A stretch of DNA of 64,000 nt from Candidatus Latescibacterota bacterium (GTDB lineage Bacteria > Latescibacterota > UBA2968 > UBA8231): positions 4,096,001-4,160,000 of the forward strand of contig CBDETK010000013.1 in assembly GCA_965242865.1 (NCBI GenBank). The letters are read 5' to 3'. Positions 25,221 to 33,474 of the stretch are shown here, in pieces; within the stretch, counting starts at the first letter, position 1; the number at the start of each line of letters is the position of its first letter. The notes beneath the pieces are model-generated. The model was not told the origin of the DNA, did no database searches, and saw only the letters and a list, made by a program, of their open reading frames with translations. Position numbers and translations under genes: made by a program.

Positions 25221-25297
25221 TGAGCGTCTCCTTTTGGAAGAGGTAAGTGGGTGAGATAAAGCAGCATTAAACGAGGAAAAGCGACCTAGCGCAAGCC

Positions 25298-26143
25298 TTA
25301 AAGCCCCAAGATGCCGAGGCTATCGCGGTGGATTAAGGCGTGAATCGCGCGCTCGTCCAAGCGCGGCAAGGCCGTGCCAGCGAGCATTTTGTTCAGTCCG
25401 TACAGGCTGTCGATGGAGGCGTCGATCGTGGTAAAGGGGTAGTCGCTGCCAAACAGCAGCTTGTGCCAGACGCCGTATTCCTGCACCAGCATCAGGCTGT
25501 GGTAAAGCTGGAAAGGCCGATAGTGGAGGGCGCTGATGTCGGCATACACGTTGGGATGCTTGCGGATGACGGCCACGCACTCGCCCTCGTAGGGATGCGC
25601 TAGGTGGGCCATGATGATTTTGACTGTTGGGAAGCGGATGGCCACCGGGTCGAGGTGGCGCGGCAAGGTGCAGTCGAGCGGGGCCTGAGCGACAAAGGTG
25701 GTGCCGGTGTGCAACAGCACGGGCAGGTCGTGTTCGGCGGCATAGTGCCACAGCGGGTCGAGGCGTTGGTCGTGCGGATAGAACCCGGCGTACATGGAGA
25801 GCAGCTTGATGCCGCGGAGGCCGAGTTCTTGGTGCCCGTAGGCCATTTCGCGTTCCCAACCGTCTTGGGTGGGGTCGAGCGAGAGGAAGCCGATTAGCGC
25901 GTCTGGGTGGGCGGCGACGTAATCGGCGACGTAGCGGTCATCGACCCAGAGGCCGGCGCGTCGGGCCTTGCCGCCGAAGACGATGGTTTTGTCGCAGTGT
26001 TGCGCGCCGGCGCGATAGGCATCGTAGCTGACGGTTAGGTCGAGGGCCTCGTCGGCTTTGGCTACTTGGGCCGCTTGCTGGCGAAATTGGTCGGTGAAAT
26101 GCTCGGGGAATTGCCAAGCGTGGCTATGGACGTCGATTATCAT
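25298..26143 (-). CDS. amidohydrolase_2-family metallohydrolase
   Basis: IIDVHSH, GLRGIKL, PVLLHTG, IMAH, NVYADIS, LFGSDYP. Confidence 0.92.
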   Translation of the reverse strand: MIIDVHSHAWQFPEHFTDQFRQQAAQVAKADEALDLTVSYDAYRAGAQHCDKTIVFGGKARRAGLWVDDRYVADYVAAHPDALIGFLSLDPTQDGWEREMAYGHQELGLRGIKLLSMYAGFYPHDQRLDPLWHYAAEHDLPVLLHTGTTFVAQAPLDCTLPRHLDPVAIRFPTVKIIMAHLAHPYEGECVAVIRKHPNVYADISALHYRPFQLYHSLMLVQEYGVWHKLLFGSDYPFTTIDASIDSLYGLNKMLAGTALPRLDERAIHALIHRDSLGILGL

Positions 26144-26214
26144 GGAATAGATGATATAGGATTGTTTAGGGAATTATATAGATGCCTAAGCAGGGTGCAT
26201 CGGCATAAAATCTC

Positions 26215-26302
26215 TACAAATTTTGCTAAACTTGGTTAAATTTGTAAAACATTCGAGTTCAAAAACTTTGACGAATTTGCCAAATTTGGTTAAATCGTCA
26301 AA
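26215..26302. promoter_or_regulatory. two related 32-36 bp palindromes in an AT-rich divergent promoter region (candidate operators)
   Basis: TACAAATTT-N14-AAATTTGTA (26215-26246) and TTTGACGA-N20-TCGTCAAA (26267-26302) share the core AATTT(T)GCYAAAYTTGGTTAAAT. Confidence 0.6.
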
Positions 26303-26443
26303 AAAACCCTATCCGCTTAGACAACTATATAAGCCCCTTTACTTGTTTGTTTGCGGTTACATAACTATCTTTCAAAATGCTTAACGATTTTGTATCTTGG
26401 ATAAAACAATTACAAACACATGGACAAAACAAGGAGAAACCTA

Positions 26444-28852
26444 ATGCAGCGTATGCTATCGCTATTCATCTTCCTCACCCTGTTGGGCGTAGGCGGCCTA
26501 GTGCTCGGTTCTACGGCTTGGGCTGATGGACACGAGGCCGCAGGCGTCAAGACCTATGAGGTCGGCGTCGAGATTGAGCCGCTGGAGTTGCCGGCGGTCA
26601 CGGGCGGTACGCCGCCGCTGACGTACAGCGTGTCGGGGCTGCCGGCAGGCTTGTCGTTTGACCCGGCCACGCGGACGATTTCGGGTACGCCCGAAGCCGT
26701 GGGCGAAGCGACCGTCACGTACACGGTTACGGACGCCGCAGGGGCTTCGAGTTCCGTGCCGTTTCTCGTGGAGGTCGTGGAGCCTGCTTTGGACGCGCCG
26801 GACAGGTTGATCGCCCAAGACTACATGGGGGCGGACGGTTCGGGCGACCAAGGCGGCTTTTTGCTGCTGACGTGGCCCCTGTCGGACGATCACGCCACGC
26901 TCGACGGCTATCGCATCTTCCGCGAGGTCCAAGTGACGCAGGGTTTGGCTCCGGTTGAGGCTGAAGAGGCTGAAGAGGGCGCAGACGAGGGGGAGGAGCC
27001 CGCGGAGCACATCCACGAGCATTTTCACGCGCATACCGAGGTCACCCATACGCACGCCCATACGCACGACGGAAGCGATGAAGCCCATGCCCACGACCAT
27101 CTCGAAGTTGCCGAAGTTACTGACGAAGCGGGCGAAGCCGACGATCCGGTCGTTCAAGGGGTCGTCGAGCTAGACGCGCCGGCGATGGAGATGATGCCGT
27201 GGGCGGTGGTGGATGCGGTGCCGGGTGTTGCCATTGGCCGCGCCATCGTCGCAACGCTCGACAATGTTGCGAGCAACTGGGGCATTGTGGCCGAGCGCGC
27301 CGGCGAGACCACGTTGATAACGGCGAAGGCCGCGTTTGTCCGCGCCGGCGATCTGAGCCAGCCCTACGAGCAGATGGCCGCAACGCTGCTGGCCAGCCGC
27401 GCGGCCGCCCAAGCTGGGGACGCGCCCGTGTTCGCCATGCTGCTGCCGGAAGCTCTCGCTTTTGCCGAGGGCGTGGCGCCCAAGCTGAATCTCGTGGCGT
27501 CGGGGCTGGAGCGTTCGCCCCTGACCGTTACCGAAGAGCCAGCGCGCGCGATTGACAACATCGCGCCGGCCGCCGTGCCGTTTCTGAGCGCGTTGGACGC
27601 GCCCAACGACGAGGGCAGCCGCATCGCGCTGATGTGGACGCGCTCGCCGTCCGACCGGCTCGTGCGAGGCGTTGCTGGGGCCGTTGGCCCGGCCGCGTCC
27701 GCGCCCGTCGCTGGCGTCGCCGGGTACGGCGTCTATCGCCGTGCGGCCGGTGCCGACGAATTCGTCTTGGTCGGTCGGGTCGCTGCGGGGGCTACGGCGT
27801 TTGTCGATGAAACCGCGCTCAACGGTGTGCATTACACCTATCAGGTGCGGGCCTACGACGCAGACAACGAAACCGCTTCGGTTGAGCAGACGGCACTGGC
27901 CGTGCGCAACCAAGTCGTCGATAGCGAAGGCCGCGTCCTGTTGGGCCTGTTTGGCGCGGACAACCGCGTCGGCTTTGACGATTTCTTCCTCTTGGCCGAT
28001 ATGTTCGGTCTGACGGCCGAAGACGCTGCGTTTGATCCGGCTTTTGACCTCGCGCCCAGCGCCCAGCCGCAGATTGATTTCGACGACTTCTTCGTGTTTG
28101 CCGATTACTTTGGGCGCAGCACGGGCGCGGCCGCCAAGCGCGTGCCCCGGCAGGCCGGTCTGAATGCGGATGCGCGGCTGTACCTAGAGGCGCAGACGGG
28201 GCTGCCGAGCGTGGGCGAGGACATCGTCCTCAACGTGCGGGTGGCCGATTTTGTCGCGCTGAGCGGCTACGGTCTGCAAGTGGAGTACGACGCTGATAAG
28301 CTGGCGTTTGTCGAGGTGCTCACCGAGCAGCCGCTGGGGGCCGGTGCGTTGGCCGCGCCGCAGGTGTTGGCTGACGAAGCAGGCGTCTTAGCGGTGGCCG
28401 CGCACGGGGATGTGGTCGCCGAAGGCGAGGTGGGGTTGAGCTTGGTCTTCCGCGCTACGGCCGCGATTGAGAACACGGTCCTCGAGATCACGGACAGCCA
28501 GCTATACGATAGCGAGTTCGGCGTCAACCGCCTCGGGCGGCCGATGCCGGTGGCGTTGCAGACGCGCCCGGAGGCCTTCGCGTTGGCGAACAACTATCCC
28601 AACCCGTTCAATCCGGCGACGACGATCCAATACGCGCTGCCGCAGGCGGCGGACGTGGAGTTGACCGTATATAATGTAGTCGGTCAGGTGGTGCGGACGT
28701 TGGTGGCCCAGCACCAGAACGCGGGACGCTACACGGTGGCGTGGGACGCGACCGACGATGGCGGGCATAGCCTGTCGTCCGGGATGTATTTCTATCACCT
28801 GCAAGCGGGCGACGAGTTCCGCGAAGTCAGGAAGATGCTGTTGCTCAAGTGA
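26444..28852 (+). CDS. secreted modular protein 1: putative-Ig domain, His/acid-rich insert, FnIII-like, EF-hand/dockerin-like pair, cohesin-like domain, FlgD/T9SS-like CTD
   Basis: RBS AAGGAG, signal peptide; [16 protein letters not shown]; VGFDDFF / IDFDDFF pair; [17 protein letters not shown]...KMLLLK. Confidence 0.8.
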   Translation: MQRMLSLFIFLTLLGVGGLVLGSTAWADGHEAAGVKTYEVGVEIEPLELPAVTGGTPPLTYSVSGLPAGLSFDPATRTISGTPEAVGEATVTYTVTDAAGASSSVPFLVEVVEPALDAPDRLIAQDYMGADGSGDQGGFLLLTWPLSDDHATLDGYRIFREVQVTQGLAPVEAEEAEEGADEGEEPAEHIHEHFHAHTEVTHTHAHTHDGSDEAHAHDHLEVAEVTDEAGEADDPVVQGVVELDAPAMEMMPWAVVDAVPGVAIGRAIVATLDNVASNWGIVAERAGETTLITAKAAFVRAGDLSQPYEQMAATLLASRAAAQAGDAPVFAMLLPEALAFAEGVAPKLNLVASGLERSPLTVTEEPARAIDNIAPAAVPFLSALDAPNDEGSRIALMWTRSPSDRLVRGVAGAVGPAASAPVAGVAGYGVYRRAAGADEFVLVGRVAAGATAFVDETALNGVHYTYQVRAYDADNETASVEQTALAVRNQVVDSEGRVLLGLFGADNRVGFDDFFLLADMFGLTAEDAAFDPAFDLAPSAQPQIDFDDFFVFADYFGRSTGAAAKRVPRQAGLNADARLYLEAQTGLPSVGEDIVLNVRVADFVALSGYGLQVEYDADKLAFVEVLTEQPLGAGALAAPQVLADEAGVLAVAAHGDVVAEGEVGLSLVFRATAAIENTVLEITDSQLYDSEFGVNRLGRPMPVALQTRPEAFALANNYPNPFNPATTIQYALPQAADVELTVYNVVGQVVRTLVAQHQNAGRYTVAWDATDDGGHSLSSGMYFYHLQAGDEFREVRKMLLLK

Positions 28853-28864
28853 GGCCGATGCTAT

Positions 28865-28963
28865 CGTCATTCCCGCGAACGCGGGAATCCAGTCCTGTTC
28901 GGCTTGGTCCTTTTCTGGATTCCCGCTTGCGCGGGAATGACGTTTCAGTTCGCGGGAATGACG
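28865..28963. repeat. family B palindromes (ATTCCC-N8-GGGAAT core): inverted pair plus a half copy
   Basis: CGTCATTCCCGCGAACGCGGGAATCCAG (28865-28892), inverted copy 28915-28942, half copy 28951-28963. Confidence 0.9.
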
Positions 28964-29024
28964 CCTGAGGGACGTAACGGACATAAGGAACTTACTTTTT
29001 AATTTCCACGGAGGGTTAAACAGA

Positions 29025-32000
29025 ATGAAATCAGCAAAGGAATTTCTACGCACTTGGTTGCTGGCCGTTAGCTTGGCGTTGGGATGGGCCGGTGCTGCGG
29101 TCGCGGAGATTACCTTATCGGTAGATAAGCCTAAGATCCGCGAGGAGGCCGGGAAGACCGAGATCACAGTGACCGCCAAGATGGACGCGGATGCGACGGC
29201 GAACACGGCTGTGGCCTTGGTTTTAGGCACCAGCGCCGCTCCCGTTATCGGTGCCGGCAACACGCTTGATAACCATGGTCGTTTTACGCCTGGTACTGGA
29301 ACCCATTGGTACTATGCGGGGACTAGGCCGGGGGGCGACTGGAAAAGCTGGTACAATACCCGCTCCCATATCAACAGCCGCTTCGCCATCACCCTGCCGA
29401 CCATCGTGATTCCCAAGGGCAAGAAAGAGGCGACCGGGACGGTCATCCTCACGCCCACGAACAATGACGATCGCGGTTTTTACAATACCTACGACGATTT
29501 CACCATTCCTCATGACCTTGACGACGACTATCCCAAACGCTATCCCGATCTCGTCATCGAAATCGACGGCCTCGCCGGCGGCCAGACCGTCACGCCGGTG
29601 GAGATTCAAGTCGTTGACGACGAAAAGCTGAGCAGTCAGTTAGACCTTTCGTTTTCGCCGGCCAGCCTGAGCAAGGACGCGGGGCCGACCCAAGTTACCG
29701 TGACCGCGACCTTAAACGGCGGCACCCTGCGGTCGGACCAGACCTTTAACTTGGTTTTCACCAATGCCTCGGGCCTTGATGCCGCTGATTACCCGCAGGG
29801 GATTACTTTCTCCAACATCCTGACGCGCGATACGGATTACTCGGCGACGGCCGCGTCCCTCACCCTGCGCCGGAACAAGACGTCCGCGAAGGCGACGATT
29901 ACCATCGATCCCAAAGGCAAGGCGGGGCGCATTGTGCTCAAGGGTTCGCGGAGGGCGGTCCTCAAAGGCGTTGACTTGAACCTCGATGGGGATAGAAGAG
30001 ACACTTTGAGTACTTTTACAGCAGGTATCTATGTTGCTGCGCCCAGGCGAGTTCAGTTCAACGAACTCAGCCTAGGCTGCCGCACTTCCACCACCGGCGG
30101 CCCCCTTTCCCAACACGATGTCAACTTTGATGGGCGTTGCTACGGCATTCTTAGGGAAGCGAGACTCGGCGTTGACCTAAACGGCGATGGGGAGATTAGA
30201 CAACCGGCTAACAATGGCGTGATTTCTACTGATCCTGCTGATTTTGATCTCTGGGCAAGCGAAGAAGACGCCGCGGCCGCAGCGGAAGAGATAGACTTCG
30301 TCCATGACAAGCATCCGGGTGCTACGATTGTTTCGGGAGTGCCAAATGTAGGTGAAGAGTCGGATCCGGCTAGGTTTGGGTTGATTGAAAGCCTCTTGCC
30401 TCAGTACGTTACGATTCCCCCCCATTTCTTTGAGATAAAGTTCGCCCCCATCGTCGATCTCAAAGACCCGGAAGGCGGGCTGAGCGCGACCCCGGCGACG
30501 ATCCGCGAGGGGGCCGGGCGGTCGAATATCTCCCTGACAGTCACCTTGAATACTGCCCTAGAGGACGATGCGCGGGTGACGTTCACCATTGAGCCGGAAG
30601 AGGGCCGGCGCGACATCGATTACACAATCTCCCTGAGCGATCTCACCATTCCGGCCGGCGCCACCTCGGCTACAGCGACGCTTACCGTGACCCCGGTCGA
30701 TAACTCGATAGTGAATGCCTCGCGGAGCTTCATCGTGGTCGCCACGGTGGGGGATGGCTTCACCGAGGCGCGCGAGACCATTACCATTGTGGACGACGAG
30801 ACCCAGAGCTCCGAGATCACGCTGGTGGTGGCACCGCGGGAACTGACGGCCGGCGCGGGGACGCAAGAGATTACGGTGGTCGCCACCTTAGACGGCGAAG
30901 TGTTCGACGAGGACGTGCCCATAGTCTTGGTCGTCACCACCGATACGGACGCCGACGGCGACATGGATGCCGACGACAAAGCAGCCGTCCGCGACACCGA
31001 ATACACGGCCACGCTGCGGCCGCTGACGATCCCGGCCGGCAAGGTCAGCGGCTCGACGGTCGTGTCGATCACCCCGTTGGAAGGCGGCGACAAAAGGATC
31101 GGCCTGACCGCGCTGAAAAGCCCAGTCAAGAACGACGACGACGAGGACGTCACAGTCAGCACGGCGGTGATAACGCTGAAAGATGGCGACCCGGCCGCGC
31201 CGACGGCCCCGGACGCCCTCCGTTTCGTAGATGACATTGACGTGGTATCGACGGTGTTCGAGTACACGGTCGGCACGGCCATTGAGCCGTTCATCCTGCC
31301 GGCCGCGACCGGCGGCGTGGGCAACAAGATGTACAGCGTGTCCGCGAGCCTGCCGGCCGGGCTGTCGTTTGACGCGATCACCCGCACCCTGTCAGGCACG
31401 CCCACGGTGGCCGACACCGCCACCGTCATCTACACGGTCATTGACAGCGCCCCGGCCCCAGTCAACACCGATGCTCTCAGCCTCACCTTTGAGATCGGGT
31501 CGGCCCCGCCGCCCACGGTGAAGGTCGCCAGTGTGATCTCAACGCATTCGTCCGTGCGCGAAAACGGGGAGACGACCGCCATCCTCCTAACGGCGTCGCT
31601 GGCCGCTCCGTCGGCCAAGGCCGAGACGGTCCTGTTCACGATTGTCGCGCCTAGCGAGGGCACGCCGGCCGCACGCGATGCGGATTACACGGCCTCGCTC
31701 GGCGGCTCGGTCGTCATTGCCGCCGGCGAAACCGAGGGCCGGACGCTGCTGACCCTCACCCCCCTCGACAACGAGGAGGTCGATGGCAATCGGTTCTTGG
31801 GCGTGCAGGCGAAAGCCTCGGGCGGCGCAGCGCAGACGGACATCAAGATCGCCGACGACGAAACGCCGGCTACGGCCTTTGCCCTGTCGGTGGAGCCGCA
31901 CACGGTCAGCGAGGACGCCGGGGTGACCGAGGTTACGGTCACCGCGACCTTGGACGGCAAGGGGTTGGACGAGGAGACTACCGTAACCGTTATGGTCGAT

Positions 32001-33140
32001 CCCGCGTCGGTAGCCACGCGCGATTTGGATTATTCGGTGCTGTTCGATCCCTCGCTGGTCATTCCGGCCGGTGCGCTATCCGGTTCCCTGCTCTTGCTGC
32101 TCGACCCGACGCCCGATAGCGCGGACGAGGGCAGCGAGACGATCACGCTCAACGGCTCGTCCGCGAGCTTGACCGGCGGCTCAGTCCACATCACGCTGCT
32201 CGACGCCGGCAACACCACGACGACCCCGGAAGAGCCGGAAGAGCCGGAAGAGACGACGCCTCTCGCCTTTGCTGCCGGGACATCGGTGGATGCCCAAGAG
32301 TACACGGCTGGCGCGGCGATTGACGCTATGGCACTGCCGGCCGCAGCGGGCGGTATGGGCGACGTAACCTATAGCGTCTCCGACCTGCCGGCCGGGCTGT
32401 CGTTTAACCCAGCTACGCGGACGCTGTCGGGCATCCCGAACACGGCGACCGACGGAGCGGTTGAAGTCACCTACACGGCGACCGACGGAGCGGGCAACAC
32501 CGCGTCGTTGACCCTTTCCATTGAGGTCAGCGCCATGCTGATGTTTGACAACTTTTTCGACTTTTTCGCCCAGTTCCTCGGGGCGGGCAAGGTCGTGCCC
32601 ACAGCGTCCGGCGACGGGGCTGCCCTCCGCGAGTTCGTCGTAGGCGAGCCGGTGGAGGCCATCGTGCTGCCCCCTGCCCAAGGCGGCACCGCGCCCCTGA
32701 CGTATAGCCTGTCGCCAGCGCTGCCGGCCGGGCTGGCGTTTGACGCGGCCACCCGCACAATTTCCGGGACGCCGCAAGCCGAGGGTTCGCCCGTCTATAC
32801 GTACACGGTGACGGACGCGACCGGCGCGCAGGTAGAGATGCTGCTGCAGACGCGGCCCGCCGCCTTTACCTTGACCAGCAACTATCCCAACCCGTTCAAC
32901 CCGGCCACGACGATCCAATACGCGCTGCCGCAAGCGGCCGACGTGCAGTTGACCGTGTACAACGTCGTCGGTCAGGTGGTGCGGACGCTGGTGGCCGAGC
33001 ATCAGAGCGCTGGCCGCTACTTGGTGACGTGGGACGCAACCGACGATAGCGGGCACAGCCTGTCGTCGGGGTTGTATTTCTACCGCCTGCAGGCCGGGGA
33101 TGAGTTTCACGCGGTCAAGAAGATGCTGCTGTTCAAGTAA
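29025..33140 (+). CDS. secreted repeat protein 2: Calx-beta-like/Ig-like repeats, putative-Ig repeats, FlgD/T9SS-like CTD
   Basis: Signal peptide; repeated (I/V)REDAG..VT.T, RDxDY, IPAG..(S/E)G.T..TP.D, I.DD(D/E) units; LPAGL(S/A)F x3; CTD. Confidence 0.8.
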   Translation: MKSAKEFLRTWLLAVSLALGWAGAAVAEITLSVDKPKIREEAGKTEITVTAKMDADATANTAVALVLGTSAAPVIGAGNTLDNHGRFTPGTGTHWYYAGTRPGGDWKSWYNTRSHINSRFAITLPTIVIPKGKKEATGTVILTPTNNDDRGFYNTYDDFTIPHDLDDDYPKRYPDLVIEIDGLAGGQTVTPVEIQVVDDEKLSSQLDLSFSPASLSKDAGPTQVTVTATLNGGTLRSDQTFNLVFTNASGLDAADYPQGITFSNILTRDTDYSATAASLTLRRNKTSAKATITIDPKGKAGRIVLKGSRRAVLKGVDLNLDGDRRDTLSTFTAGIYVAAPRRVQFNELSLGCRTSTTGGPLSQHDVNFDGRCYGILREARLGVDLNGDGEIRQPANNGVISTDPADFDLWASEEDAAAAAEEIDFVHDKHPGATIVSGVPNVGEESDPARFGLIESLLPQYVTIPPHFFEIKFAPIVDLKDPEGGLSATPATIREGAGRSNISLTVTLNTALEDDARVTFTIEPEEGRRDIDYTISLSDLTIPAGATSATATLTVTPVDNSIVNASRSFIVVATVGDGFTEARETITIVDDETQSSEITLVVAPRELTAGAGTQEITVVATLDGEVFDEDVPIVLVVTTDTDADGDMDADDKAAVRDTEYTATLRPLTIPAGKVSGSTVVSITPLEGGDKRIGLTALKSPVKNDDDEDVTVSTAVITLKDGDPAAPTAPDALRFVDDIDVVSTVFEYTVGTAIEPFILPAATGGVGNKMYSVSASLPAGLSFDAITRTLSGTPTVADTATVIYTVIDSAPAPVNTDALSLTFEIGSAPPPTVKVASVISTHSSVRENGETTAILLTASLAAPSAKAETVLFTIVAPSEGTPAARDADYTASLGGSVVIAAGETEGRTLLTLTPLDNEEVDGNRFLGVQAKASGGAAQTDIKIADDETPATAFALSVEPHTVSEDAGVTEVTVTATLDGKGLDEETTVTVMVDPASVATRDLDYSVLFDPSLVIPAGALSGSLLLLLDPTPDSADEGSETITLNGSSASLTGGSVHITLLDAGNTTTTPEEPEEPEETTPLAFAAGTSVDAQEYTAGAAIDAMALPAAAGGMGDVTYSVSDLPAGLSFNPATRTLSGIPNTATDGAVEVTYTATDGAGNTASLTLSIEVSAMLMFDNFFDFFAQFLGAGKVVPTASGDGAALREFVVGEPVEAIVLPPAQGGTAPLTYSLSPALPAGLAFDAATRTISGTPQAEGSPVYTYTVTDATGAQVEMLLQTRPAAFTLTSNYPNPFNPATTIQYALPQAADVQLTVYNVVGQVVRTLVAEHQSAGRYLVTWDATDDSGHSLSSGLYFYRLQAGDEFHAVKKMLLFK

Positions 33141-33170
33141 GCACCACTCACACCCACCGCACCGCGAGTT

Positions 33171-33211
33171 CGTGAAATGGGGCCTCTCTCAAACGGAGGC
33201 CCCATTTCGCG
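33171..33211 (+). terminator. stem-loop after repeat protein 2
   Basis: GAAATGGGGCCTC...GAGGCCCCATTTC about 30 nt after the stop codon. Confidence 0.65.
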
Positions 33212-33222
33212 TAAGAGGCTCC

Positions 33223-33270
33223 GGGATCGAGGGCGTCCCGCCCTCGACGGGGGCAAGATGCCCTCGATCC
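33223..33270. repeat. family A REP-like palindrome, copy 2
   Basis: GGGATCGAGGGCGTCCCGCCCTCGACGGGGGCAAGATGCCCTCGATCC. Confidence 0.9.
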
Positions 33271-33391
33271 TTGGCAGGCGGGCGGCGCGTTGCACAAGCC
33301 CCGTGCTCCGACATGGGGCGGGAATCCAGCCGGTTTCCGTCATTTGTATGTTGCCGATTCCTTTTAGGTCGGCACGGTCTTTTCTACCTAT

Positions 33392-33418
33392 GTCATTCCC
33401 GCGAAAGCGGGAATCCAG
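33392..33418. repeat. family B palindrome (plus a partial GCGGGAATCCAG near 33318)
   Basis: GTCATTCCCGCGAAAGCGGGAATCCAG. Confidence 0.88.
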
Positions 33419-33474
33419 TAAGACGTCATTCGTCATTCGCATATAGGGATGCTTTTCTTCAAAGGGGTTAAACG

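Noticed and set aside
25221-25297. Cobalamin riboswitch upstream of the TonB receptor
   Set aside because: The gap is only 77 bp and has no B12-box-like sequence.
32226-32493. CCGGAAGAG x3 (32226-32252) and a 21-bp direct repeat (32440, 32473) in gene 2 as phase-variation tracts
   Set aside because: Both are in-frame; slippage would only change linker length, not switch expression.
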